Counted from the stretch's first letter, positions 1-14,496 are shown. The stretch is 64,000 bases of DNA from Eledone cirrhosa (GCA_964016885.1 OZ024745.1:104408001-104472000), one strand, 5' to 3'. Numbers and translations are program-made. Notes: generated from the sequence alone by a model not told the origin.

Positions 1-1479
1 TATTATATTATATTATATTATATTATATTATATTATATTATATTATATTATATTATATTATATTATATTATATTATATTATATTATATTATATTATATTA
101 TATTATATTATATTATATTATATTATATTATATTATATTATATTATATTATATTATATTATATTATATTATATTATATTATATTATATTATATTATATTA
201 TATTATATTATATTATATTATATTATATTATATTATATTATATTATATTATATTATATTATATTATATTATATTATATTATATTATATTATATTATATTA
301 TATTATATTATATTATATTATATTATATTATATTATATTATATTATATTATATTATATTATATTATATTATATTATATTATATTATATTATATTATATTA
401 TATTATATTATATTATATTATATTATATTATATTATATTATATTATATTATATTATATTATATTATATTATATTATATTATATTATATTATATTATATTA
501 TATTATATTATATTATATTATATTATATTATATTATATTATATTATATTATATTATATTATATTATATTATATTATATTATATTATATTATATTATATTA
601 TATTATATTATATTATATTATATTATATTATATTATATTATATTATATTATATTATATTATATTATATTATATTATATTATATTATATTATATTATATTA
701 TATTATATTATATTATATTATATTATATTATATTATATTATATTATATTATATTATATTATATTATATTATATTATATTATATTATATTATATTATATTA
801 TATTATATTATATTATATTATATTATATTATATTATATTATATTATATTATATTATATTATATTATATTATATTATATTATATTATATTATATTATATTA
901 TATTATATTATATTATATTATATTATATTATATTATATTATATTATATTATATTATATTATATTATATTATATTATATTATATTATATTATATTATATTA
1001 TATTATATTATATTATATTATATTATATTATATTATATTATATTATATTATATTATATTATATTATATTATATTATATTATATTATATTATATTATATTA
1101 TATTATATTATATTATATTATATTATATTATATTATATTATATTATATTATATTATATTATATTATATTATATTATATTATATTATATTATATTATATTA
1201 TATTATATTATATTATATTATATTATATTATATTATATTATATTATATTATATTATATTATATTATATTATATTATATTATATTATATTATATTATATTA
1301 TATTATATTATATTATATTATATTATATTATATTATATTATATTATATTATATTATATTATATTATATTATATTATATTATATTATATTATATTATATTA
1401 TATTATATTATATTATATTATATTATATTATATTATATTATATTATATTATATTATATTATATATTATATATTATATAT
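1..1479. repeat. (TATTA)n pentanucleotide microsatellite
   Basis: Uninterrupted tatta repeats from the window start. Confidence 0.98.
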
Positions 1480-1665
1480 GGTGATTGGCAGTATCAGTAG
1501 AGGGTCGGACGCCATGCTTTGACGTATAGAGTTATGGCCCTTGCCATTCTGAGTTCAAATCCCGCCGAGGTTAACTTTGCCTTTCATCCTTACGGGGTCG
1601 ATAAAATAAAGTACCAGTAATACACTGGGTAATTGCTGGCCTTGTGCCAAAAGTAGAAACAATTA
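1480..1665 (+). mobile_element. tRNA-derived SINE (dominant family in the window)
   Basis: A-box-like TGGCAGTATCAGTAGA, B-box GAGTTCAAATCCC, central GCCTTTCATCCTTACGGGGTCGATAAAATAAAGTACCAG (resembles the Meta-SINE domain, from memory), 3' end GTAGAAACAATTA. Other full or partial copies at about 2023+, 7905-, 12468-, 12655-, 16817-, 21654-, 21997-, 28980-, 29188+, 30278+, 31373+, 32778+, 35311-, 38862+, 40940+, 41350+, 41741+, 51510-, 52801+, 53903-, 61958-. Confidence 0.9.
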
Positions 1666-1679
1666 TATTATATTATATT

Positions 1680-2022
1680 TGTTATGTTATGTTACGTTAT
1701 CTTATGTTATGTTATGTTATATTATATTATATTTTATTATATTATATTATATTTGTTATGTTATGTTATGTTATATTATATTATATTATATTTGTTATGT
1801 TATGTTATGTTATGTTATGTTACGTTACGTTACGTTATGTTATGTTATGTTATGTTATGTTATGTTATGTTATGTTATGTTGTTATGTTATGTTATGTTA
1901 TGTTATGTTATGTTATGTTATGTTATGTTATGTTATGTTATGTTATGTTATGTTATGTTATGTTATGTTATGTTATGTTATGTTATGTTATGTTATGTTA
2001 TGTTATGTTATGTTATGTTATA
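1680..2022. repeat. (TTATG)n/(TTATA)n microsatellite
   Basis: Pentamer repeats; source of the MLCYV ORFs. Confidence 0.95.
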
Positions 2023-2215
2023 GAGGGCGGTGGATTGGCAGTATCGGTAGAGGGTCCGACGCCATGCTTTGACGCATAGAGTTACGTCCTTTTATGTTCT
2101 GAGTTCAAATCCCGCCGAGGTTAACTTTGACTTTCATCCTTACGGGGTCGATAAAATAAACTAACAGTAATGCACTGGGTAATTGCTGGCCTTATGCCAA
2201 ATGTAGAAACAATTA
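2023..2215 (+). mobile_element. tRNA-derived SINE, full length
   Basis: GGGCGGTGGATTGGCAGTATCGGTAGAG head through GTAGAAACAATTA tail; same family as 1480-1665. Confidence 0.9.
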
Positions 2216-2255
2216 TATTATATTATATTATATTATATTATATTATATTTTCTAG

Positions 2256-2330
2256 CATGCGAATGAAGTTCTTCGTGGAATTTCAGACATCCATACGTTT
2301 TATGAAATAATTGAAATGAAGGGTCTTTAA
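2256..2330 (+). CDS. possible terminal coding exon of an upstream gene (HANEVLRGISDIHTFYEIIEMKGL*)
   Basis: ttttctag acceptor followed by a 24-codon non-repetitive open frame in phase 0 ending in TAA. No partner exon is visible in the window. Confidence 0.25.
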   Translation, partial: HANEVLRGISDIHTFYEIIEMKGL

Positions 2331-2820
2331 AAGTGCTTTATGAACTCTATTTTTGAAAACATTTTTCACACAGCTATGATCCCCACTTCTTTTATGTCAA
2401 TAATATTACACTATTATTTAACATAAGCATTGTTACCTCTCAACTCTTAAGAATTACTATATATTGTTTGATTTCTAATTTTAGCCACAAGGCCAGAACA
2501 TCTTGGAAGAAGGGCAAAATTGACTAAATCAAACCCACTACATGACTGATACTTTATTTTATCGACCCCGAAAGATGGTACATGTGCATTTGGTTATGTG
2601 TATACGTGAGTTTTGCGTCTGTGTGAGTATGCGGGTTCTACCACGTATGTAGGGTGTGTGTATATGTGTACTTTGTGTTTTGGTTGACGTACGTCTGCGA
2701 ACATATGTATTTACATGTAGGTATGTGTGTGCGCGCGTTATATACGTATTTATGTGTGTATATTTATATACGTTTATATAATTATATGTATACACGCGCA
2801 CACACACATATATATATATA

Positions 2821-3245
2821 CTAGCAGCAATACCCAGCGTTGTCTGGGTAGGTAAAATAATATCTGCTTTGATGAAAAGGTGTTGATCTTAGCGACTGCT
2901 TCTCGATGACATCTATGGCCACACACAGGCCATGCGGGGGAGGGTAGTGATGATCTCTGTCACTGAGAAACGCGAGTGACTGACTAAGGGGCATGTTGGG
3001 GGAGGGAGTTTCGAATTTGAACGAAATCGGTTGACAAATGTGGGAGCTAGAGCCGAAAAGGCGGATATTTGAGCGAAAAGGTGGTATTTTCGAATATTTA
3101 AGCGGCTGCCACGCCCTTCCTGAACAAAAAATCCAAAATAATCAGATCTAGCGTAGTGTAAAATTTGAACAAAGTAGGTTGATTAATGCGGGAGCTAGAG
3201 CTGAAAAAGTGGAAATTTAAGTCTAAAAGTGGTCTTTTTTAATAT
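2821..3245 (-). mobile_element. non-autonomous Helitron-like element, 3' end
   Basis: Minus strand ends CCCAGACAACGCTGGG hairpin, spacer, CTAG|T, next to (TA)n; typical Helitron 3' terminus. Confidence 0.6.
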
Positions 3246-3247
3246 AA

Positions 3248-3653
3248 TTTTTCCATTTCTCCGAGGGTTCTTAACCCCACTATCCGGCTAAATAATTTCT
3301 TTAATTTCTTTAATCAAAATACAGCGATAACTTACATTTCTAATAATTTCAAACCCACTCGCTGTTTCGAAAATATTCTTACTTGACATTACAGTCGCGA
3401 AATTTATAGCTCCTAATTTGAATGGAAAAAGACGGATGATGTGTTGGTGTAAATGGTAGCACAGTGGTCCGGATAACCAAAGATGTGGGTTCGACTCCCA
3501 TGTACGTCAATACTCATCTTTTTCCATTTCTCCGAGGGTTCTTAACCCCACTATCAGGCTAAATAATTTCTTTAATTTCTTTAGTCAAAATACGGCGATA
3601 ACTTACATTTCTAATAATTTCAAACCCACTCGCTGTTTCGAAAATATTCTTAC
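3248..3653 (+). mobile_element. tRNA-bearing element with partial tandem terminal repeat (PLE-like architecture)
   Basis: About 135-bp direct repeat (3248-3382 and 3518-3653) flanking a tRNA-like cloverleaf. Same family recurs as fold-backs at 20226-20654 and 44071-44281. Confidence 0.7.
3438..3509 (+). tRNA. tRNA-like cloverleaf inside a repeat (anticodon position GGA); probably a TE-borne Pol III promoter or pseudo-tRNA
   Basis: Acceptor GATGTGT/GTACGTC-A (three G-U pairs), D-stem GTGT/GCAC, anticodon stem TGGT/ACCA with loop CCGGATA, short variable loop, T-arm GTGGG-TTCGACT-CCCAT. Confidence 0.55.
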
Positions 3654-3736
3654 ATATATATATGTATGCTAGGTGGTCACCGATCTGTCCAGCTCGTTTG
3701 TCTACCAGCATATCGTGAAAAAATTATACATTTTCC

Positions 3737-3810
3737 ATTGTCTGAAGAGGACATGTTTTGCTTTATGTTATACACAAAAAACTTTACATCTTCCGAATAT
3801 ATATAATAAA
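3737..3810 (+). ncRNA. degenerate type I hammerhead ribozyme
   Basis: ttgt-CTGAAGA-gga..atgt...acat..tcc-GAA-tatata-TA-ataa; one core A missing. Confidence 0.4.
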
Positions 3811-3871
3811 ATAGAGATGATATAAAGTATATATCTTTCGTTTATTGCTATTATTAATATTATTTGTAGTT

Positions 3872-3946
3872 AATTTATTCTGATGAGCTTATTATAACAG
3901 GAATGAAGTATTCCAGTTATTCTAACGAAACGGTTGTAAATCAATT
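3872..3946 (+). ncRNA. type I hammerhead ribozyme (minimal stem III)
   Basis: Stem I aatttatt/aatcaatt, CTGATGA, stem II with ataac/gttat and ggaat/attcc, GAAA-cggttg-TA. Confidence 0.7.
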
Positions 3947-3977
3947 GAATGATTTAATCTAAATCCCTGTTATTCTT

Positions 3978-4592
<615 letters not shown>

Positions 4593-4610
4593 TATATATA
4601 TATATATATA

Positions 4611-5775
4611 CTAGCTGGCCCGTTCAGCTGATGCGGGGCTAGATATGCCGGCATTTTATCTTTTCAGGAAGCCCCCCTCCACTCCAGTGCAAATATACAG
4701 CACGCCCTCTCAAGTCACTTTGTCGTTCCGAGTACGTATATGGGGGTGGGGGGTGGGGTCTATTGTGGTGACTCATTTCTGACGCGGGAAAAATACCACC
4801 ACCACCACCACTGGAATGCTCAACGACCATAATCACTTGATTCCGTGGTAAAAGTTACGACTGTGGTGTTGGACCATTAGTTTTGCCACAATTTTGCTAT
4901 TATCGCACTGGTTGTGGGGTCTTTCTAAAAGATCTGATGCAGGCACTATCCGGCTGGGCCTGCTAGTTTAATGTACTGGCAATTAACGTAGCAAGGAATA
5001 TAGCGGTGATTTCAGCTGAATGCGTCAACAAGTTGCTTGTTTGTCTTCATGCTGCCCGTTGTTACCAGCAAGACCCTCACTGACCTATATTTCCTCCTCC
5101 AGTAAATATGTCCATCTCTTCTTTCTATGTAAGTCTGGATGAAATGCTAGTGGCAAGTGTGTGGTTTTCAATAAGAGGTACGTTCCTGCACTATCTTCCG
5201 ACTACGGAGATAAGGGGGGAAAGCTATTGTGGTGATCTGCTGCTCTTGAGACTGGGCTGATCGAATGGCTCTCGCATGAGTCCTCAGTTGCTAAAGGCGA
5301 GACTGGCGCTGTTCTTGAGGCTAGGTTGATCGACTGGCTCTTGCATGAGTCCTCATCTGCTGAAGGCGACGTTCATGATCATCTTCAGACTCTGCTGCTC
5401 TAGTAACATTTTTTATTCTGGAAAATCGGATCTTGCGGCCAGGCCGGGACTTATTGGGTGGCATGTCGACGGTAACAATGATTGTTCGAACAGGGTCATG
5501 TTTGCTCTTTATATAGGTGTTATTCAGAGGAGGGTGACGCATAGAAATCGAATAACCAATCAAGTTATGAGGGGTCAATCACGACTGATAGTGATTGGCT
5601 TCAGTTAAAATGTGATTGCACGCGCGTGAGTCAAAAGGTCAAAGGGGGCATTGTGTTGTTTAGTGAGATTGGTGGTGCTAATCTGTATGCCGCCTACATG
5701 GAAAGATGAGAAAGGCCAGCTCCATCGATTTCATTCAATAAATCAACCATCTGCGGCATCCAGATAGATAGATAT
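4611..5775 (-). mobile_element. internally deleted Helitron
   Basis: Minus-strand 3' end CCCGCATCAGCTGAACGGG hairpin + CTAG|T. The minus ORF at 5321-5578 (MPPNKSRPGRKIRF...RAAESEDDHERRL) and repeated Arg/Glu-rich units resemble Helitron RepHel N-termini. Confidence 0.65.
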
Positions 5776-6196
5776 ATAGCTGACGTACCTATCTTCGCTT
5801 GGATAAACAGAAAATAAGCCGTCTGTGCTTTCGGACAGTCGAACTAAATGTAAACAAATCGTTGCGTAGTTAACGAAATAAATACAATGTTTGTTTATAT
5901 TTTGTTTTTGTAGTTCTGTTTTCCGATATATTGTGTGTTTGTGTATGCAAAAATATCTGTAGACGAATATATAATTATATATATATAATTAATTAAAAGT
6001 TGGTTAGAAGCGAAGTCAATGCAGACAGACATACAGACAGATATTATAAGCGCGCGACGTTATAGCTATGTACGTATCTAAAAAGACAGAGTAAGAAAGA
6101 GAGAGAAATGTCGTATTTTATATATTATATATAATAGTACTAGCTCATTCCATTGCCCAGATGGTTCTATAGAAATAGTGGACACCTTCCGTTGTG

Positions 6197-7105
6197 TGGT
6201 GGAGGGTGCTCTGAGAGTACTGTAGATAGAGTCCGAACGGGATGGAAAAAGTTCAGAGAGCTTATACCACTATTGGTCGCTAAAGGTTTCTCTCTAAAAA
6301 TAAAAGGCAGTCTGTATGATGCCTGCATACGAACAACGATGTTACATGGCAGTGAGACATATGCCTTGTGTGCAGAGGATCTACGCAGACTGGAGAGGAA
6401 CGAAGCTTGCATGCTCCGCTGGATGTGTAATAGTAATATACGTGAACGGCAAAGCATAAATGAACTAAGTGAGAAATTAGGAATAAGAGGGATCAGATGC
6501 TGTTTACTCGAGAGAAGACTACGTTGGTGTGGTCACGTGATGCGCATGAAAGATGACAGCTGTATAAAAAAAGTGCAGGGCGATCAAAATAGACGGTAGC
6601 TACGGAGTAGGCAGACCGAGAAAAACCTGGGACGACTTGATAAAATCCGACCTCACACACTTACACTTCTCCAAGACAATGTCACTGGACCGAGATCTTT
6701 GGCGCTACGTAGTAATACAGAAGACCCGACTTGCCTAAGTACAAAGTGAAACCTACAGTCAGTAGGCACCTCTTAACCAATTTACACCCCCGTCCCAACC
6801 CTACCCCCACCGCCATCTACACCACCCCTTTCGATGTAAAGCTATGTTGGTACCACAACATCCAGTCCTAAATAAATGAGGTCGTGTAGGTGTCACGACA
6901 AAAAACACACAGTCCACGCTGTAATGTGGCCGTGTAGGGAACATGGTAAAAACCTCCCAGTCCACACTGTAAACGTGGTTGGTGTTAGGAAGGGCATCCA
7001 GCCGTAGAAAACCCAAAAGACAGTCCTGAGCAAGACAACCAATCTAGACCCATGCTAGCGTGGAAAATGGACGTTAAACGATGATGATGATGATGATGAT
7101 GATAA
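6197..7105 (+). mobile_element. RTE-clade LINE, 5'-truncated (RT C-terminus and 3' UTR)
   Basis: RVRTGWKKFREL...LYDACIRTTMLHGSET...RRLRWCGHVMR, then frameshifted GRPRKTW; 3' end GGACGTTAAACG(ATG)n. Confidence 0.9.
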
Positions 7106-7124
7106 TAAAGTACCAGTAATGTAC

Positions 7125-7467
7125 TCCTCACTTTACATACGGCCGTCAGCTTTATTAATATAGAGACAGAGATTGATAATATACACAGAAATTTTATACA
7201 TGATACATTAAAAGACGATATTATATATAAACTGCAAAATATATGAATGTTTATTTAAGCTATCGCTAACCGGAAGTGTTGACATTTGAAAATTTTAAAG
7301 AAGTGAATCTTTATAAAATATCTTTAATCTAGAATAACGAAATTTACTAGACAAAAATACCCTCACTTTCTTCCTTGGAAAAAGTTACATCTATGGTGCA
7401 AATTTGGTGCCGTTTGGTCCAGCCGTTTGACCAAAAGTTTGGTACATACATACGGCTGTCAGCTTTA

Positions 7468-7475
<8 letters not shown>
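7125..7475 (-). mobile_element. Helitron-like non-autonomous element 5' ends
   Basis: Two copies of CATACGGCYGTCAGCTTTATTAATATA(GA), read on the minus strand as a TC-start terminus. Confidence 0.45.
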
Positions 7476-7561
<86 letters not shown>

Positions 7562-7741
7562 AAAGTCTGTTTTAAGCCAGAAGGGTCATTTGGCTGGTGC
7601 TTATCCCGGCTTCATGGCGTGAAGCGACTGTGTGTACAAGACTCCTCCCTGGACAGGACGCCAGTCCATTGCAGGGTTAAACCCTCAGCTATTGCTGGTA
7701 CTCATTTTCAGCTGAGTATACGGGAGCAACGTGAAATGAAG

Positions 7742-7745
<4 letters not shown>
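7562..7745 (-). mobile_element. second SINE family (CORE-like), partial
   Basis: Reverse complement matches 25790-25965 and 42230-42270 (CACTTCATTTCACGTTGCTCC..CTCAGCTGAAAATGAGTACC). Confidence 0.65.
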
Positions 7746-7820
<75 letters not shown>

Positions 7821-8181
7821 CAGATAATGTTCCCCTGGAGGCGGAAAAGGTGAATAGAGACGCCTTTGTTCACTGTCCCCGTCTCCAGTGGTACGTATTA
7901 ATTATAATTGTTTCTACATTTGGCACAAGGCCAGCAATTACCCAGTACATTACTGGTACTTTATTTTATCAACACCGTAAGGATGAAAGGCAAAGTTAAC
8001 CTCGGCGGGATTTGAACTCAGATCGTAAAGGGACGTAACTATGCTGGAAAGCATGGCGTCCGACTCTCTACCTATACTGCCAATCGTATTAATTATAATG
8101 CTCGACTACTATGTTCATTTGCGATGGGAGACACTTCGAATTTCATATATATATGTACCTCTGTTTGTTGTCTCCTTGAAC

Positions 8182-8261
<80 letters not shown>

Positions 8262-10565
8262 TCTGTCAGTCTGTATAATTTATACAATGAACTTGAATCA
8301 TATTTATTATATAAACTGCGTATATATAACTGTACAAGACGTCTATAAATTATTAAAAGATAATTAATTACCTGTCTCCTACTACACTCCAATGAAACTT
8401 CTATTGGTGGAACACAGATTGAAAATGTGATATCCTTACAGTATGGATTAGAAATTACTGCACTCACTGTTTCTCAAGCCTCAGCTTCGTATGACTTTTG
8501 ACAGTTTTCAGATTTAAATCGCCACCTATATTGATGAAGCTATGGTGATGATAATGATGACGACACCGGCGACGGCGACGACGACGATGATGACGATGTC
8601 GATGATGACGATGTCGATGATGTTGATGATGAGAGACTCATGTCAGACATAGAAGACTCCTTAACGAAAAGGGATAAAAACAAATCATTTTATTTGAATG
8701 GTGCAGAAATGTTTCACAACAGTTATAAAGCAATAAGGAAATGAAGAATAAAAGAAAAAGAGAAGAAATAAAATGAAAGAAGAAATTAAATAACGAAATG
8801 AAGGGAAGAGGGGAGAGCAACAGACTCTACACTTCAGTCTGAGTGAGATACCTCAGTTGCGTTCTGCAGACAAAATGGTGAAGGCATTGCCACAGGGAAT
8901 GACCAGCGACACCAAGTATCTGGTACATATTGACTAGATATCAGTGCTACAGTGTACTTTGTAATATAGGATATGGTCCGAACGTGGAAGAGCCGAACTC
9001 CCACTGTCATCGCCTCCATCTCTCTGTATGGTGAACAAATGGGATCCCATGTGCTGGCCTCCTCACAGCCCCGGCGGACAGAATGGAGATGGCGTTTCCC
9101 CGGAGGGTGGTAAGGGAGATGCGCTGGTGAGTAGGGAGGTAGCCTTACGGGCCAAGGACACCAGAAGTCTCCACTGTCAAGGGCACGACCGCAAACCTGT
9201 CGGAGAGCGACTGATACTTGGAGAGTTTGGTCTCCTCAGCCCGACGTGCAGCAGAACCTGGGTTAGTCGCAGAAGTATCTGATTATTTGAGTAGATTATG
9301 ATGACAAATATATAGTTCTATTCCTTTTTTTAAGGTTATTTATTTAATAAGTTCAGATTGATAAATTTTGATCACTTTGATTGTACAGATTTTCTGGAAA
9401 CCCAAATCACCTTGATGCCTTGTAACTGTAACACAATGTTTTGATATATCATTGTATCCCCTCTATATGACATTGACTCTATTTTGAATCATAATTGAAT
9501 TGATAGCGCGTCAAACTACCGAATTAAGTGTCAGCGGTTCATATGCTCCAATTACCAATAGAGTGAGTCCGTGGTTCTGCTCACTAATGAAGTACATAGA
9601 TGTTTTTTCTAGCTTAGTGCAATGTATCCAGTATTTAAAATTAAAAGGGGAATGGGTCACATCAAGCTGAATTTTTCTTAAATTTACATAATGGAAATTA
9701 AGTTTTTACTTGTGTTCCACAGACCAAATCAATTTCAGGATTCTATAGAGAATGCATCTACATTATCCAACGTGCCCTTGTTCTTTTTAAGACGGTAGAG
9801 TATACTTTGAAGGAGATTCAATTGCTATTTTTCTTGAAAGTTAAACTGGTAGATTATCTTTACCGATTTTTCGATGTTTCAATTTTTCGACTTTTCAACT
9901 TTTCGATTTTCGATTTTTGATAAGGCGGCGTGGACGCAGTCGAATCTACGACAATGCAGGGCTGGTATTAATTTTTACAGAACCCAGTGGAATTAAAATC
10001 ACAGGCTGAATTTGATCCCAGAATAGTGAGGCACTAGATTATAATCCTTCATTTGTAATTTCGGATCTATAAATAGAACATATTATCCTGTTCGAAAATT
10101 CAGTTATTTTATCTCCTGGAGTACTATCGAAGACTATACGAGAGAAAGTGAGCTTTTACTGGGATTTTTGTTTAAGCAAAAAGTAAATTCCAGCATTTGT
10201 TTCTTAATTATAATTGAGTGCGTTGGATCAAGTGTCGTTTTTGTTTTTACTGCCTTTCATTCCTCTATGCGCTATCATAAATTCCGTCAGGAATACTATC
10301 AATACTGGTAAACATTACCACCGTTTCCAGTAGTACCACGTTTTTTTTATAACAACAAAATGAAAAATTATTGGTGTTTTTTCCCCCGAGAGGTTGAGTG
10401 AATCCTTCTTAATTAAATTGTATTGTTACTTACAAACCATTTGAATCTTTCGGCACATTAGTTTAGTATAATAATTAAGAACTTGTTTATAAAATTTTGA
10501 TTGTTTATTTTTTTATGCTACTGAATCATTAAACAAAATATGATAAAGCAATTAGGGAAATCTAA

Positions 10566-10601
<36 letters not shown>

Positions 10602-10604
<3 letters not shown>

Positions 10605-10859
10605 AAAGTTATATTTAAATTGTTGGGATACAACAAGCAAATATTTTTATAACTGGCATAAAGCACTCGACAAGTATTTGGAGTAGATATACGATATTAA
10701 CAAATGGAAACTATAATTTATAAACTATAATTTATAAAACTGGTATATATTGTATTTTGTCTGATGAAGGCATACCATAATTTAACTTGGTATCCTTGAA
10801 ATATGTATAATGAAATAAATATGGTTTTATAAATATAGTTTCCATTTTTTAATATCGTA
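10602..10859 (+). mobile_element. PLE-derived fold-back element, family E
   Basis: Inverted tail-bearing arm (starts GCAAAAGTT) plus a sense arm ending AATATCGTA in (TA)n. Family copies at 14950-15238, 37316-37663 and 60687-61694. Confidence 0.8.
10755..10815 (+). ncRNA. minimal type I hammerhead ribozyme (family E)
   Basis: ttttgt-CTGATGA-agg(c)atacca/tggtatcct-t-GAAA-tatgta-TA-atgaaa. Confidence 0.75.
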
Positions 10860-10879
10860 TATATATATATATATCTATA

Positions 10880-10916
<37 letters not shown>

Positions 10917-11959
10917 GTGTGTGTGTGTAAGCAATTAAGGAAATCTAGGTGTGAATGTGTGTGCGCATGTGTATGTGTGTGTATGTGTGTATGTGTGTAT
11001 GTGTGTATTCGTAATAGTCATTGTTTTGATACACACCTATTGCATTTACCAAAATTGTTTTTCCCCTGTTTATGTCAGTGCGCGAGTGTGTATGTATGTA
11101 TGTGTATGTGCGTATGTGTGTATGTGTGCGTGTGTGTCTGTGTGTGTGTGTGTGTGTATGTGTGTGTGTGTGTCTGTGTGTGTGTGTTTGTGTGTGTGTG
11201 TATGTGTGTGTATGTGTATATATGTGTGTGAGTGCGTGTGTGTGAGGTGCATGTGTGTATGCGTGTGTATGTGTATATATATATATATATATATATGCGT
11301 GTGTGTATATATATGTGTGTGTGTGTGTATATATATGTGTGTGTGTATGTGCGTGTGTGCGTGTATGTGTGTGTAGCTTTGTAGGAGTGACTGTTTTGAT
11401 ACACCTATTACATTTACCAGGTGTCTTTTTTCCGTGTTTATGTGTGGTCCGGAAAAAAAAGAAGAAAAAAGGACTAAAAATTATATTGTGCCAACAGTTT
11501 CCTAAGTCAATTAGATGTCTGACATTGGATGTTTATAAGAGTTAATGTGACAACAATAATGAATAATTGTATGTTTGCTAATACCCTTAATCATTTATGT
11601 ATATAAATAACTTTTTTAATCTGAAAAAAATTAACATATCTATATTAACTGAGAATCATAGGATTGTTTGTTTGTTGTTACAAAACTCTTTTTTCATCTA
11701 TATTGCGGATCTTTATTGGGTTATTTGGCTATGAACTGGCTAACTTGTGTTATTGGATAGCCAAATTTATCCGGTATCTATGGTGTAAACGTTTGGACAT
11801 ACCCTTGTTTGTTTATATGCCGAGATAGTTGTATGATTAACGTTCATTTTTCCTCATTATGTCCCTACTAGGGAAAAATGGGTCTTCAAGAATGTAAATC
11901 CTTTAGGATATCGTTATCGAAGTTTAAGTACCTGTAGGTATTGGGCTCATCTTCAAGAT

Positions 11960-12330
11960 TTGAAATTTCCAACTATCTGATTAAAACAGCGAAAGATCTT
12001 GACAATGCATACCAGTGATGTCGAGAGCTACTCTAAGCTTCGCGTCTATGGTTATAAACTTATTGCTGCAGTACCCCGCTAGAGATATGGTGTTCCCATT
12101 TGTATCAGGCATGCTATTACAGAATTATCTGTTCTTGAGGAAACCTGCAAGGATGACATATTTATAACTATTGAAGAGTCGGGGACCTCACCATCATTAA
12201 TGTGTACAAGCCGCCAAGAAGTACTAGACCCACCTCTGCTTTGAAAGTCCACTCCCATCTGGAGCTGCATGCTGGTAACTTTAACAGCCACCACACTTCA
12301 TGAGGCTATGCCACAGACAACGAGGCAGTT
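11960..12330 (+). mobile_element. degraded LINE AP-endonuclease fragment (I/Jockey-group-like)
   Basis: Translates to LTIINVYKPP and AGNFNSHHTS*GY, matching the GDFNxHH.W motif. Confidence 0.6.
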
Positions 12331-13404
12331 GCATTACTGCCATTTTGAAATTGAATACAGTGTTGCTTTCAAATTCTGTTAAATTCCATGTTTAAAAAAT
12401 ATATATGTAAATTTCTAAAACTTGTAGAAAAAACAAACAAAACAAATTAAACCAAGGTTAATAATATAATTGTTTCTACTTTTGGCACAAGGCCAGCAAT
12501 TACCCAGTACATTACTGGTACTTTATTTTATCGACCCCGTAAGGATAAAAGGCAAAGTTAACCTCGGCCGGATTTGAACTCAGATCGTAAAGGGACGTAA
12601 CTATGCTGGAAAACATGTTCGACCCTCTACCGATACTGCCAATTCACCGCCCTAATGGTTTCTTATATAGGCACAAGGCCAGCAATTTTGGAGGAGGGGA
12701 AAGTCGATTAAATCGACCCCAGTGCGTGACTGGTACTTTATTTTGTCGACCCCGTAAGGATGAATGGCAAAGTTAACCTCGGCGTGATTTGAATGCAGAT
12801 CATAAAGGGCCGTAACTATGCTGCAAAGCATGGCGTCCGACCCTTTACCGATTCTGCCAATCCACCGTTAAAAACAATAATTAAATATAACTCTAATTAT
12901 AATTCATTACGTAGCGTAGATAAGAATATGAAATGCAACAAAACTGCAGCAACAAATATGTATGTATGTCCCTTTTCCTCATCTTTCTTTTCAGTGTACC
13001 AAACACTGAAAAGGAAGGTGAGGAAATGGGAATGTTCTGAACTGCCTGCTGTTGAGCAACATCTGGTTGCCAGCACTGTGGTCGAGTCTGCCTGAGCAAA
13101 GCTGGTCTGATAAGATATGAACAAAGTCATATAAGTAGACCTCATGTAGATTATGAACAGCATGATCTGAAATGGTGTGGGAAATGTGGCAAGGAATCTG
13201 CAAGCATGGGAGATCTTAAAAGAACGCACAGTCAAAACCGAGCTATGGAAAGTCGCAGAAGAGTCTACAGTTGGTATGTATGTGCCAGAGGGTGCAAGTT
13301 TTTGGCTGGTTTGAAAAGCCACATTCCTGCCTTTTATCGGGTAAACATGCATGTATGTATGCATGTATGTATGCATGTATGTTTGTATGTATGTATTTAT
13401 TTAT

Positions 13405-14014
13405 GTCAGGTCACCAGTTGGTGCTACTGGTAACATGTATCCCCGTACAACCTGTCTCATGGTCGGGTCGTTGTCGACTAAACTGGCAACCCCACCAAGG
13501 TTTCTTGGTTAGGAGGGTGACTTTGGACATCCTACAGGACTAAAAACAAAACCTGTCAAAGGGCAAAGGAGCTCTTAAGAGTCAATGGCCATCTAAAATC
13601 ACCGGGAGAGATGACCCCTCAGCCTTTGTCAAGGCAGAATTCTAGGAGAAGGAAAACTCTGATATAACACCTGCAACCACTATGGTAGCCAATGATGTTG
13701 ACTTGTTCTTCTTTTTGGTAATTATCATCTTGGTTAAGAGAGTGGGACTGGCTTTGTCCAGTGCCTTTGCTCACTATAAAAGCTTCACGGCACAGGCATT
13801 GCTTTATATCTGGAGATCTCTCTGCACTTGTCGTCACATGGTACCATGGGTCCAACACTATGTGTCAATAATTGTCACAAGTGTAGTGTTTGTACCAGAG
13901 TTTTCAAGTCGCTGGCTGGACTAAAAAGTCACACTCGTTCAGCGCATCGCTAGGGGTTCTCCTACATGGATATAAAGTAGTGGCCGTACTCGAAAACGAG
14001 TTGGCAGCCACCAT
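13405..14014 (+). mobile_element. non-autonomous SINE-like retroelement ending in (ATGT)n
   Basis: Homologous to 27147-27683, 40173-40500, 24455-24630 and 33617-33720(-). Shared 3' end TACTCGA..GCAGCCAYCATG(TATG)n. Confidence 0.7.
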
Positions 14015-14129
14015 GTATGTATGTATGTATGTATGTATGTATGTATGTATGTATGTATGTATGTATGTATGTATGTATATATGTATGTATATATGTATCT
14101 TTGTATGTATGTATGAATGTATGTATGTG

Positions 14130-14219
<90 letters not shown>

Positions 14220-14220
<1 letters not shown>

Positions 14221-14412
14221 AACGAAGGAAGTGTGGTAAGGAGCCAGGTGGACCATAACGCACCAGAGTACTCGATACTATGGGTAGTAGAGTGGGTATT
14301 AGGAAAAGAGTAAGGACCCCGACGGCTGAGCTCCGGACGTTTCGACAGCTATTAGTTCAGAAATAGCTGTCCAAACGGCCGGAGCTCAGCCGTCGGGGTC
14401 CTGACTTTTTTC

Positions 14413-14415
<3 letters not shown>
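14220..14415 (-). mobile_element. fold-back element, family D, in (TA)n
   Basis: About 55-bp hairpin arms plus an ~80-bp tail; homologous to 36271-36456 and 53997-54152. Confidence 0.75.

Positions 14416-14496
<81 letters not shown>

Noticed and set aside
3438-3509. Functional tRNA-Ser(GGA) gene
   Set aside because: Embedded in a repeated element, G-U-rich acceptor stem, no long variable arm; treated as a TE-borne tRNA-like module.
8380-8490. Open, protein-like frame (LHSNETSIGGTQIENVISLQYG...) ending near gtatga
   Set aside because: No acceptor AG or start found, and no partner exons.
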